The notes beneath the pieces were generated by a model. The model was not told the origin of the DNA. It ran no database searches and saw nothing but the letters and a program-made list of their open reading frames with translations. From Candidatus Dormiibacterota bacterium (GTDB lineage Bacteria; Chloroflexota; Dormibacteria; Aeolococcales; Bog-877): 64,000 nucleotides of DNA. Each line of letters opens with the position of its first letter. Positions within the stretch are counted from its first letter, which is position 1. The stretch spans positions 6,500 through 70,499 of the forward strand of contig DAHWNZ010000006.1 of the NCBI GenBank assembly GCA_027339635.1, read 5' to 3'. Below are positions 1 to 9,428 of this stretch, one piece after another. Position numbers and translations under genes: made by a program.

Positions 1-102
1 AGACTGTAGCGAATGAGGGCGAGCGGAGTCTGACGGAATTGCCCTGTTTGCGGTAACCTGCCGCCGTCACCTCCGAAGGGGGGCGAGATTGAGGAGGCCG
101 CC

Positions 103-1659
103 ATGAGCAGGACAGTCCACGCCGAAATCCCGAGCGCCAAGTCGATCCGCCGGGGCCCGACCCAGGCGGAGCTGCGCGCCTTCACGGCCGCGATGCCGAC
201 GGCCAGGCACACGGCCTACGACAACTACAACGTCCAGACCAAGGTCCTGGCGCGGAGCACCGAGTCCACCTACATTGTCACAGACGATCCAGGCTCCACC
301 TCCAGCAAGACCATCACCAGGGCGGAGGGGCTGAGGGTCAAGGAGCTCCAGGAGCGGCACCTCCTCGACAGGGACGTCTTGGTGGTCGAGGGTTACATCG
401 GCAATGACGAAGACTTTCGGTGCCCCGCGCGGCTGGTGATGGATAGGGCCTGGGCCAACATCGCAGGCATGCAGGACCACCTGCTGTTTCGGGATGAGAC
501 GGTGGGTGAGGACTTCGAACCCTGGTTCACAGTCATCTACACCCCCGGGCTCATTGCGGAGGGCTACCCCAAGGACCGGCTGATCGCGGTGGACCTTGAG
601 GAGGGGGTGACCCGGGTCCTCAACTCGGACTACTTCGGAGAGTCGAAGAAGGGGCTCCTCAGGATGTGGAACCGCCTCGTGTACGAGCGTGGCGGACTGG
701 CTCTCCATGCGGGCTGCAAGGTGATCCCCACCGCCAACGGTGAGCGCACCATACTCATCGTCGGGCTGTCGGGGACCGGCAAGACGACCACCACGTTCAC
801 CCGCCAGAACGACAGCAAGCCAGTTCAGGACGACTTCGTTGCCCTGATGCCGGGCGGGCGCGTCTACGGCACAGAGAATGGCTGCTTCGCGAAGACGTAC
901 GCGCTCAGCGCCGAGGATGAACCCACGATCCACGCCGCGGTCACCTCCCCGGTCGCCTACCTGGAGAACGTCTCCCAGCACGAGGCCGATGGACCCGTCG
1001 ACTTCTTCGACGAGAGCTACACCCAGAATGGCAGGGCGGTGTTCCCCATGAGCGCTTTGGGCTGGTCCAGGGATGCCCGCGACGCGCCAGCGGTCTCCGC
1101 GCTCCTGATTCTCAACCGCAACGATGGGATAATTCCGGCCGTCGCCCGCCTCTCGGTGGATCAAGCGGCCGCGTACTTCATGCTCGGTGAGACCAAAGGG
1201 ACGGCGGCGGGAGGCGCCGCGGAAGCCGGCAGGTCCCTGCGCGTGCCCGGCACCAATCCCTTCTTTCCCCTGCTCCATGCGCAGCAGGGCAACCGCTTCC
1301 TGGACCTGCACCGCAGCGGCCAGTTTGAGGTGTTCTTGCTCAACACGGGCGGCGTGGGAGGGGACGAGAAGGCGCCTCACGCCAAGAAGGTGAGGATCGC
1401 CGACTCCTCCGCGGTGGTCAAGGCGATCGCCGAGGGCACGATCACCTGGGAGATCGATCCCGACTTCTCCTACGAGGTGGCGACCCGGGTGCCGGGCGTT
1501 GACGACCCGGAACTGCTGAGGCCGCGGCTGCTCTACGAGCGCCAGGGCCGGATGGACGAGTACCGCTCCATCGTGAGCCGACTGGCGAAGGAGCGCCGGG
1601 AGTACCTGGAGAGCTTCCCCGGGCTCGATCCCCTCCTGCTGCAGGCGATGGAGCGGTGA
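103..1659 (+). CDS. pckA: Phosphoenolpyruvate carboxykinase (ATP), divergent type
   Basis: Motifs YFGESKKG, LHAGC, GLSGTGKTT, QDD, ENGCFAKT, YLENV, TQNGR; RBS GAGGAGG upstream. Confidence 0.9.
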   Translation: MSRTVHAEIPSAKSIRRGPTQAELRAFTAAMPTARHTAYDNYNVQTKVLARSTESTYIVTDDPGSTSSKTITRAEGLRVKELQERHLLDRDVLVVEGYIGNDEDFRCPARLVMDRAWANIAGMQDHLLFRDETVGEDFEPWFTVIYTPGLIAEGYPKDRLIAVDLEEGVTRVLNSDYFGESKKGLLRMWNRLVYERGGLALHAGCKVIPTANGERTILIVGLSGTGKTTTTFTRQNDSKPVQDDFVALMPGGRVYGTENGCFAKTYALSAEDEPTIHAAVTSPVAYLENVSQHEADGPVDFFDESYTQNGRAVFPMSALGWSRDARDAPAVSALLILNRNDGIIPAVARLSVDQAAAYFMLGETKGTAAGGAAEAGRSLRVPGTNPFFPLLHAQQGNRFLDLHRSGQFEVFLLNTGGVGGDEKAPHAKKVRIADSSAVVKAIAEGTITWEIDPDFSYEVATRVPGVDDPELLRPRLLYERQGRMDEYRSIVSRLAKERREYLESFPGLDPLLLQAMER

Positions 1660-2228
1660 TGAGCGGTCTTCATCCTGGATCCTTGAGCGCCCTGGTCGTG
1701 ATCGACGTGCAGAGGGGATTCGACGCCCCAGCCTGGGGCCAGCGCAACAACCTGTCCTGCGAGGACAATGTCGCCACCCTCATCTCAGCCTATCGCCGGG
1801 CCGGCCAGCGGACAGTGTTCGTGCGCCACGACTCACGGGCGGCGAATTCGCCGCTGGCACCTGGAACTCCCGGCAACCGGTTCAAGGAGGTCGTCTCGGG
1901 TGAGCCGGATCTGTTGATCACCAAGCATGTCCACTCCGCTTTCTACGGCACCCCAGACCTGGACCGCTGGCTACAGGAACAGGGGATCCAGACCATCGCC
2001 ATCTGTGGAATCGCCACCGACCACTGCTGCGAGACCACTGCCCGCATGGCGGGGGACCTCGGTTACGACACCCTCTTCGTGCTGGACGCGACCCACACCT
2101 TTGATCGTGCCGCGCCCGGAGGCGAGGTGCTCTCCGGAGATCTCATCGCCAGGGCGGCCGCCGCCAGCCTGGATGGCGAGTTCGCCAGGGTGGTCACCAC
2201 AGAGCAGGTCTTGGAGCGACTCTCCTGA
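1656..2228 (+). CDS. Isochorismatase-family cysteine hydrolase
   Basis: LVVIDVQ, K..HSAF, GIATDHCCETTAR. Confidence 0.9.
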   Translation: MMSGLHPGSLSALVVIDVQRGFDAPAWGQRNNLSCEDNVATLISAYRRAGQRTVFVRHDSRAANSPLAPGTPGNRFKEVVSGEPDLLITKHVHSAFYGTPDLDRWLQEQGIQTIAICGIATDHCCETTARMAGDLGYDTLFVLDATHTFDRAAPGGEVLSGDLIARAAAASLDGEFARVVTTEQVLERLS

Positions 2229-2287
2229 GTGTTTCCACCCAACCCCTGTCAAACTGAGGGGATGAGAACATCCCGGCGGAAGAGCCG

Positions 2288-2845
2288 GTGAGCGGGGAGC
2301 TCTTCGCGCGCCCCAGCAAGCAGGAGTACCTGATGCTGCTGGCGCTGGCTGCCAGGACCAGGGCTGACTGTCTCGGACGCCGGGTGGGCGCGGTCGTGGT
2401 GCGTGATGACCGGGTGCTGAGCACGGGCTACAACGGCACCCCCATAGGCATGCCCAACTGCTCGGAGGGCGGCTGCCACCGTTGCGCCCACCGGGCGACC
2501 GACAGATATCCAGAGGGCCGGGCCTACGACCTCTGCGTCTGCGTTCACGCGGAGCAGAACGCACTTCTCGCCGCCGCCAGGTTCGGTCAATCGACTTTGG
2601 GAGCAACCCTCCACACCACGATGCGGCCATGCTTCGGATGTCTGAAGGAGGCCCTGCAGGCAGGGATCATCGCGGTGCACTACATGACGGACTGGTCGGC
2701 CATGGACGGTGACGACCGGGAGGCGCTGGACACCCAGTACGCCAGCCTGCGCTCCCGCTTTCAGGAGTTTCAACGAGTCGAGGCACCCCGGGCGGCTTCG
2801 ACGCCGCTGCTGGCATCTTCTCTCCAAGAGGGAGGGGCATCTTGA
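2288..2845 (+). CDS. dCMP deaminase family protein
   Basis: TGYNG, VHAEQNA and PCFGC zinc-deaminase motifs. Confidence 0.9.
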   Translation: MSGELFARPSKQEYLMLLALAARTRADCLGRRVGAVVVRDDRVLSTGYNGTPIGMPNCSEGGCHRCAHRATDRYPEGRAYDLCVCVHAEQNALLAAARFGQSTLGATLHTTMRPCFGCLKEALQAGIIAVHYMTDWSAMDGDDREALDTQYASLRSRFQEFQRVEAPRAASTPLLASSLQEGGAS

Positions 2846-3411
2846 GCGAAGACGACCGCTGCGAGGCACCGGAGGTGCGCGGCTCCTGGCGCTGCGCCGT
2901 GCTCACCGTGAGCGACTCTGGGGCGGCCGGCCGCCGTGAGGACAGAAGTGGGGATTGGCTCGTGGGACGGCTTCCCGACCTGCCGGCGGCCGTGGTGACT
3001 AGAGGTCTGGTGCCGGATGAGCCTGACCAGATCGAGGCGTGGATCCGGAGGGTGATCGCGGAGGTGCGCCCCGCGCTCCTGGTCTGCACCGGTGGCACCG
3101 GGCTCCATCCCCGGGATCGGACGCCGGAGGCAGTCCTCGCGGTCGGCGACTACCTCATACCGGGCTTCGGCGAGGCGATGCGGCAGGCGGGGCTGCAGCA
3201 CACACCCCATGCCATCCTCTCGCGCCAGGTGGCGGTGGTGGTTGGATCCACTCTGGTGATCGCCCTGCCGGGAGCGGCGCGGGCTACCCAGGAGAGCCTT
3301 GAGGCGGTCTGGCCCGCCCTGCCCCACGCCTTGGAGATGATCGCCGGGCTGCCCAAGGCGAGCACCGATGCCGCTCACTCGGGCCGGGCTTCGGGGCCGG
3401 CATCCCACTAG
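2842..3411 (+). CDS. moaB: MogA/MoaB molybdenum cofactor biosynthesis protein
   Basis: LTVSDS, D.SG, VPDE, TGGTG..RD.TPEA, LSR, LPG; TTGA overlap with upstream stop. Confidence 0.85.
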   Translation: MSEDDRCEAPEVRGSWRCAVLTVSDSGAAGRREDRSGDWLVGRLPDLPAAVVTRGLVPDEPDQIEAWIRRVIAEVRPALLVCTGGTGLHPRDRTPEAVLAVGDYLIPGFGEAMRQAGLQHTPHAILSRQVAVVVGSTLVIALPGAARATQESLEAVWPALPHALEMIAGLPKASTDAAHSGRASGPASH

Positions 3412-3420
3412 AATTCACGT

Positions 3421-4116
3421 GTGCCGTACCGTGGCGTCATCTTCGACCTCTACGGCACCCTGATCGACGGTTGGGACAAGGAGCAGGCCAATCGTCGGAC
3501 CCTGGCTCTGGCCCAGGCGCTGGAGGTCCCGGCAGGTCCATTCCAAGCGCTGATGGAAGCCACCTACACCGAGCGAGCGACCGCAGCTCTGGGCGACCTG
3601 CCCGACATGCTACTTCGCCTGTGTCGGCTGGTGGGACACGAGCCCACACCGGCGGCGCTGGCGCGGGCTGAGACCCTTCGCACCGAGCAGTTCCGGGAGG
3701 TTCTGAGCCGGCCGCGAGAGGAGACCCCTTCTCTCCTCGCTACCCTGCGCTCGCGCGAAGTGGGGGTCGGCGTCATCAGCGACTCGTCCTCGGAGACGCC
3801 CTTGATCTGGCCGACCCTGCGCTGGGCCGACCCCGTGCAGGTGGCCCTGTTCTCCTGGACAGAGGGGCGGCGCAAGCCAGCTCCCGAGCTGTACCTCAAA
3901 GCCCTCTCCAGCCTCGAAATGGAACCCAACGAAGTGGTATATGTCGGCGACGGGGGCAGCCATGAGCTAAGCGGAGCGACGGCGGTCGGGCTGCTCGCGC
4001 TCAGGGTCGTCCACCATCCGGACGACCCCGAGGCCCATCTGCAGTACGACCCTGACTCCGCATGGCGTGGCCGGGAGATCGGGACCCTGAGCGAGGTGCT
4101 CTCCCTGTTCGGTTAG
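3421..4116 (+). CDS. HAD-family hydrolase
   Basis: FDLYGTL, KP, VGDG motifs. Confidence 0.85.
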   Translation: MPYRGVIFDLYGTLIDGWDKEQANRRTLALAQALEVPAGPFQALMEATYTERATAALGDLPDMLLRLCRLVGHEPTPAALARAETLRTEQFREVLSRPREETPSLLATLRSREVGVGVISDSSSETPLIWPTLRWADPVQVALFSWTEGRRKPAPELYLKALSSLEMEPNEVVYVGDGGSHELSGATAVGLLALRVVHHPDDPEAHLQYDPDSAWRGREIGTLSEVLSLFG

Positions 4117-4185
4117 CGCCCGGCCGGCTCCTGGGTGCGGTGGCCATGGGCGATACTGGGCCCGAGTCAATCGGTGGAGAGCAAG

Positions 4186-4848
4186 GTGGACAGCAGACCT
4201 GCGGTCGTCACCATCTCATCGGTCTACGGCACACGGGGAGAGTACGTGGGCCGGGAGGTCGCCGCCCGTCTCAACCTGCCCTTTCTCGACCGCGCCATCC
4301 CCGCGACGGTCGCCTCGGAGGTGATGAGCTCCTTTGCGGAGATCAGCTATCGCGAGCACCACCCAGTGCACGGGCTCAGCCAATGGATGAGCTTCTTCTC
4401 ACCTCTGGGCTCGGCCTGGCTCGGCATTCCAGAGCCGCTTGAGCCCTGGCGGAGCGAGCGAGAGTACCTGGATCACACCGAGGCCGTGATGCGCCGGGCG
4501 GCCGGGCGCGGGGTGGTGATCCTGGGCCGCGGGGCCGCGGTCGTGCTCCGCGACCACCCGGCCGCGCTGCACGTCAGGCTGGACGGACCGCCCGCGAAGA
4601 GGCTGGCGCAAGCGCTCAGCCTGGGGGCCGGGGACGAGGCGCAGGCCCGGCGCGCCCAGAAGGAGACCGACTCCGCCCGGCGCCAGTATCTGCAGCACTT
4701 CTACCGGGTTGACGTCAGAGAGCCGAGCCTGTACCACCTGTACCTCGACGCCACGGCGATCCCCACGACCAGCTGCGTGGATCTCATCGTCGCGGCGGCC
4801 TTGGCCCGGGTTGAGGCCTGCGGCCGCCAGGACGGTGAGATGGAGTAG
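4186..4848 (+). CDS. Cytidylate kinase-like family protein
   Basis: VTISSVYGTRG, VILGRGA, D..R..Y, YHL.LD; start placed at GTG after GGAG (ORF track starts at 4135). Confidence 0.75.
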   Translation: MDSRPAVVTISSVYGTRGEYVGREVAARLNLPFLDRAIPATVASEVMSSFAEISYREHHPVHGLSQWMSFFSPLGSAWLGIPEPLEPWRSEREYLDHTEAVMRRAAGRGVVILGRGAAVVLRDHPAALHVRLDGPPAKRLAQALSLGAGDEAQARRAQKETDSARRQYLQHFYRVDVREPSLYHLYLDATAIPTTSCVDLIVAAALARVEACGRQDGEME

Positions 4849-4886
4849 CCGGCGCCGGGACGGCCTAACGTCCGTGGTCGAAGCGG

Positions 4887-4915
4887 TTGCCAAGCGGAGC
4901 GCGAACGCCCATACT
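4887..4915 (+). promoter_or_regulatory. Putative sigma-70 promoter of the coxSLM-like operon
   Basis: TTGCCA-17 nt-CATACT. Confidence 0.55.
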
Positions 4916-5023
4916 CGGGGCGGCGATCCACTGCCACGCGGTGGGTGCGGCGCCGATGCCGAGGCGATCAACCCGATGACGCATCCTCGCCGCGACTGGC
5001 ACTGGTTGTGAGGGAGGTTGAGG

Positions 5024-5521
5024 ATGACTCAGCGCTTGCGGCTCACGGTCAACGGCTCCCAGAGAGAGGAGGAGGTGGAACCCCGGACGCTGCTGGTCCA
5101 CTTCCTCAGAGAGCGCTGCGGGTTGACCGGCACCCATGTCGGCTGCGACACCAGCCAGTGCGGGGCGTGCACCGTGCTCTGTGACGGAGAGCCGGTGAAG
5201 TCCTGCTCCATGCTGGCACTGCAGGCCGAAGGCATGGCCATAACCACCATCGAGGGGCTCGCCCCGATCGGTGGGATGCATCCGCTGCAGACGGCCTTCT
5301 GGGAGTCCCACGGGCTCCAGTGCGGATTCTGCACCCCCGGATTCATCATGGCGGCCGCGGCCCTGCTGGCCCGGAACCCCGATCCGACCGACGAGGAGAT
5401 CGGCCGAGGGCTGGAGGGCAACCTCTGCCGCTGCACCGGCTACGTGAACATCCGCAAGGCGGTCCGCGCGGCGGCGGCGGCCATCCGCGACGAATCCGCC
5501 CCGGCTTCGATCGGAGGGTAG
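5024..5521 (+). CDS. coxS: 2Fe-2S small subunit of molybdenum hydroxylase (CoxS/CutS-like)
   Basis: [35 protein letters not shown]. Confidence 0.92.
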   Translation: MTQRLRLTVNGSQREEEVEPRTLLVHFLRERCGLTGTHVGCDTSQCGACTVLCDGEPVKSCSMLALQAEGMAITTIEGLAPIGGMHPLQTAFWESHGLQCGFCTPGFIMAAAALLARNPDPTDEEIGRGLEGNLCRCTGYVNIRKAVRAAAAAIRDESAPASIGG

Positions 5522-5525
5522 GCAG

Positions 5526-7871
5526 ATGGCAGTGAGTCAGCTCATCGGATCGCGCGTGCAGCGGCGCGAGGACCCCCGCCTCATCACCGGCCACGGCCGC
5601 TACATAGAGGACCGCAACCCCGCCGGCCTGCTGCATCTGGCGGTCGTCCGCAGCCCGCACGCCCATGCCCGAATACTGTCCATCGACGGGTCCCAGGCGG
5701 CAGCCCTCAAGGGTGTCCTGGCGGTATTGGTGGCCAAGGACTTCCGCGCCCAACTGCAGGGGGCGATGCCGGTCACCCCGAGCTTCGTCCCAGAGAAGAA
5801 ATACGTGCCGGAACGCTTCCCGATCGCGGAGCGGGAGGTCTGCTTCCAGGGAGAGCCGGTCGCGGTGGTGGTGGCCGAGAGCAGGCAGCTGGCGGCCGAC
5901 GCCGCCGACCTGGTGACGGTCGAGTACTCGCCCCTTCCGGCCGTGGTGGACCCCGAGGCTGCGCTGGTGGCCCGGAGCCCTCTGACCCACAGCGATGGGC
6001 CCGACAACATCGGGTGGGACATGACCTTCGCCGGAGGCGACATCGAGGCGGCGTTCGCCAGGGCCGAGGTGCGGGTGACCGGACGGATCCTCCAGCAACG
6101 CCTGGCGCCGACGCCGATGGAACCGCGTGGGGTGCTGGCCGACTACTCGACCTACGACCACACCCTCACCATCTGGTTGAGCAGCCAGAATCCTCACTTC
6201 ATCCGTCTTTTCATCTCGGGCGCCATGGGTTTGCCCGAGAGCCGGGTGCGGGTGGTGTCAGAGGACGTCGGGGGAGGCTTTGGCAGCAAGATCAGTCCCT
6301 ACCCCGAGGACTATCTGGTGCCCGCCGCGTCCCGCCTGTTGGGACGGCCGGTGCGCTGGATCGAGACCAGGACGGAGAGCGTCCTCACCAGCTACCACGG
6401 TCGCGGCCAGGTCTTCACCGCCGAGGCCGCGGCACTTCGGGATGGCACCTTGCTGGGCCTGCGGCTGACCCAGATCCTGGACCTTGGCGCCTACCACGGC
6501 ACGTTCGGAGCGTTCCAGGCCTGCGCCTGCCTCATGGCGGGAGGAGTCTACCGCTGGGAGGCCGTGCACGCACGGACCGTGGGAGTCCTCACCAACAAGG
6601 TGCCCACCGACCCATATCGCGGAGCCGGGCGCCCGGAGGGCACCCACCTTTGCGAGCGGATGGTCGACCTTGTGGCCCAGGAGATCGGAATGGACCCGGC
6701 GGAGGTGCGCCGTAAGAACTTCGCTCGGGAGTTCCCCTTCGTCAACAACTTCGGCCTGACCTACGACTCCGGAAACTACGACGGCTCACTCGACCGCGCC
6801 ATGGAGCTCGTGGACTACCAGGGCTGGCGACAACGCCAGGAGGAGGCAAGAAAGGAGGGCCGCCTCATCGGGATTGGGCTCTCGACATGGGTGGAGATCT
6901 GCGGCTTTGGCCCCAGCGAGGCGACCGCAGCCGCCACCGGGGGCATCTCGCTGGTGGAGGCTGCCCAGATCCGCTTTCTGCCGTCGGGCTCAGTCGCGGC
7001 CTACGTCGGCACCCACTCTCACGGACAGGGACACGACACCACCTTCGCCCAGATCGTGGCCGACACCCTGGGCCTTCCCCTGGACATGGTGGAGCTGCGC
7101 CATGGGGATACCGCCGAGGGCCCGTCATTCGGATACGGGACCTACGGCAGCCGCAGCCTCTCCGTGGGCGGCATGGCGCTGCACAAGGCGGCCCTGGTGG
7201 TGCGCGAGAAGGCGAAGAGGCTGGCGGCGCACATGCTTGAGGTCTCCGCGGAAGACCTCGTGTTCGAGCAGGGAGCTTTTCAGGTCCGCGGCGACCCGCG
7301 GGCACACAAGACGATTCAGGAGGTGGCCCTGGCGGCCTACGGGCCGGGATTGCCCGAAGGTATGGAGCAGGGGCTGGAGGCGGTGAGCTACTTCGACCCG
7401 CCGAACTTCGTCTGGCCCTTCGGAGCCCACATCTGCGTGGCCGAGGTGGATCGGGAGACCGGGACGACCCAGATCCTGAAGTACGTGGCGGTGGACGATT
7501 GCGGGAACGTGATCAATCCGATGATCGTGGAGGGTCAGTTGCACGGGGGCATAGCCCAGGGCATGGCCCAGGCACTATTCGAAGAGGTGGCGTACGACCT
7601 GGACTCGGGCCAGCTCCTCACGGGATCTCTGACCGACTACCTGATCCCGACGATGAACGAGATTCCGGAGTTGACCCTCGACCGCACGGTCACCCCGAGT
7701 CCCACCAACCCCCTGGGGGTCAAGGGTATCGGCGAGGCCGGGACGATCGCGTCGTCGGCCGCTGTCATCAATGCGATCAGCGACGCATTGAGCCCGCTCG
7801 GCATCCACCACGTGGACATGCCCGCGAGCCCAGCCAGGATCTGGAAGATGATTCAGGAGGCGGAGTCGTGA
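5526..7871 (+). CDS. Molybdopterin-binding large subunit, xanthine dehydrogenase family (CoxL-like, form II type)
   Basis: GGGFGSK, active-site loop PYRGAGR, GQGH.T, GTYGSRS, KGIGEAG. Confidence 0.9.
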   Translation: MAVSQLIGSRVQRREDPRLITGHGRYIEDRNPAGLLHLAVVRSPHAHARILSIDGSQAAALKGVLAVLVAKDFRAQLQGAMPVTPSFVPEKKYVPERFPIAEREVCFQGEPVAVVVAESRQLAADAADLVTVEYSPLPAVVDPEAALVARSPLTHSDGPDNIGWDMTFAGGDIEAAFARAEVRVTGRILQQRLAPTPMEPRGVLADYSTYDHTLTIWLSSQNPHFIRLFISGAMGLPESRVRVVSEDVGGGFGSKISPYPEDYLVPAASRLLGRPVRWIETRTESVLTSYHGRGQVFTAEAAALRDGTLLGLRLTQILDLGAYHGTFGAFQACACLMAGGVYRWEAVHARTVGVLTNKVPTDPYRGAGRPEGTHLCERMVDLVAQEIGMDPAEVRRKNFAREFPFVNNFGLTYDSGNYDGSLDRAMELVDYQGWRQRQEEARKEGRLIGIGLSTWVEICGFGPSEATAAATGGISLVEAAQIRFLPSGSVAAYVGTHSHGQGHDTTFAQIVADTLGLPLDMVELRHGDTAEGPSFGYGTYGSRSLSVGGMALHKAALVVREKAKRLAAHMLEVSAEDLVFEQGAFQVRGDPRAHKTIQEVALAAYGPGLPEGMEQGLEAVSYFDPPNFVWPFGAHICVAEVDRETGTTQILKYVAVDDCGNVINPMIVEGQLHGGIAQGMAQALFEEVAYDLDSGQLLTGSLTDYLIPTMNEIPELTLDRTVTPSPTNPLGVKGIGEAGTIASSAAVINAISDALSPLGIHHVDMPASPARIWKMIQEAES

Positions 7872-8674
7872 TTCCTGCGGCCTTCGAGTATTCCAGGGCC
7901 ACGTCGGTGGCCGACGCGGTTTCTCAGCTGAGGTCGGGTGGACCGGAGGCCAAGGTCATCGCGGGGGGCCAGAGCCTGCTCCCCATGATGCGGCTGCGGC
8001 TGGCGCAGCCGCCCCATCTGGTCGACGTCAACCACATCCGCGAACTCGACCACATCACGATCAAGGACGGCCGCCTCCGGGTCGGGGGGCTGACACGCCA
8101 CGCCACCCTGGTCACGTCGGATGTGGTGCGGGCCAACCTGCCGCTTCTAGCGGAGATGGCCTCCGAGGTCGGTGACCCCCAGGTGCGGACCCGAGGCACG
8201 CTGGGCGGCGTGATGGCCCACGCCGACGCGGCCGGGGACTACCCGACCATAGCCGTCATGCTCGACGCCACCATCGTCACCGACCGGCGCGAGATTCCCG
8301 CTAGGGACTTCTTCCAGCATCTGTTCACGACGGCCCTGGAGCCCGACGAGCTGGTCTGCGAGGTTGTGTTCCCCCTAGCGACCGGCCCGCATCGCTACCT
8401 GAAGTTCCGCCGCCGTCTATTCGATTGGGCGATCGTGGCGGTAGGGGTCCAGTTGACCGATAGCGGATGGCGGGTTGGCATCACCCACGCGGCGCCTACC
8501 GCAACCAGAGCCCACTCGGTTGAGGAGGCCCTGCGCTCCGGCGCGGACTTTCACGAGGCGGCCAGGCGGGCCGCCGATGGGCTCCACCCGAGCAGCGACG
8601 TCCATGCCTCGTCCGAGTACCGGCTGCACCTGGCCGAGGTGCTGACCAGACGAGCGCTGGAACAGGCGGCCTGA
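7868..8674 (+). CDS. coxM: FAD-binding medium subunit (CoxM/CutM-like)
   Basis: GTG overlapping the large-subunit stop; MIPAAFEY, AGGQSLLP, QVRTRGTLGG, D.HAS.EYR. Confidence 0.88.
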   Translation: MIPAAFEYSRATSVADAVSQLRSGGPEAKVIAGGQSLLPMMRLRLAQPPHLVDVNHIRELDHITIKDGRLRVGGLTRHATLVTSDVVRANLPLLAEMASEVGDPQVRTRGTLGGVMAHADAAGDYPTIAVMLDATIVTDRREIPARDFFQHLFTTALEPDELVCEVVFPLATGPHRYLKFRRRLFDWAIVAVGVQLTDSGWRVGITHAAPTATRAHSVEEALRSGADFHEAARRAADGLHPSSDVHASSEYRLHLAEVLTRRALEQAA

Positions 8675-8707
8675 GGTGATGAGCGCCCTCTTACACGCCG
8701 CCATCCC

Positions 8708-9274
8708 TTGATCCCGGCGCTGGCGAGTGCCACGATATCCGGGCCCCCGGTCTCGGCCGTGGGCAGTCTGGCGCTCGGGCTTGCGGTACTGGCACTCCTG
8801 CTCTACCGCCAACTACGCCCCCGCGGGGTCCGCACGAGTCCCATCCTGCCGGTGGTGCTGCTGGTGCTCGGTCTGGCCGAGCTTGACGGGTTCGCCGCCA
8901 AACACCCGCTGACGCCGCTGGAGAGCGGGCTCTTGGCCATGAGCCTGATCGTGTTCGCGATCGGGTTGGCCGGCGTGCGCGCGTTCACGGTCCGTATCTT
9001 CCTGGAGGGCGGTCGGCTGATGCGCCAGGGGACCTGGGTGACTGTCGCCATCTGGCTGGTGGCCGTTGGTTTGCACCTGGGGGTTGACGCGGTCAACGGG
9101 GTCGGTGAGGCTAGCCTGCTTCTCTACCTGGGCCTGGCCCTGGGCACCCAGCAGCTGGTGGTGCAGTGGCGGGCACGGCAGCTGGTCCGAACCTGGGCCG
9201 TCTCGGTACCCACCGGAGTGGTGAAGGAAGAGTTGGCACGCGATTCTGCCGCAGGGAGCACGGACGAGGGCTGA
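8708..9274 (+). CDS. Membrane protein (DUF1453/CcdC-like)
   Basis: About 5 hydrophobic segments; RQLRPR pattern after the first helix. Confidence 0.55.
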   Translation: MIPALASATISGPPVSAVGSLALGLAVLALLLYRQLRPRGVRTSPILPVVLLVLGLAELDGFAAKHPLTPLESGLLAMSLIVFAIGLAGVRAFTVRIFLEGGRLMRQGTWVTVAIWLVAVGLHLGVDAVNGVGEASLLLYLGLALGTQQLVVQWRARQLVRTWAVSVPTGVVKEELARDSAAGSTDEG

Positions 9275-9428
9275 GCGCATCGCATCGGCTCCTTCACCCG
9301 TGTGCGGGGCACCTCCGGCCGTCGGCCCGGCGGAGCATCCTCACGCCATGAGCGGTAGGTCGAGCCTGCGATTGCCGGACAGCCGCCAGCCCCGGGTTCC
9401 GGCCTGGGGCTGGCGCGCCCAAACCCGG

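Noticed and set aside
67..1380. 437-aa minus-strand ORF; likewise 23894-25255, 39067-40824 and 44309-45769
   Set aside because: Lie opposite well-supported genes and read as low-information antisense frames
5526..7871. Bona fide form I aerobic CO dehydrogenase
   Set aside because: Lacks AYxCSFR, order is S-L-M, no accessory cox genes
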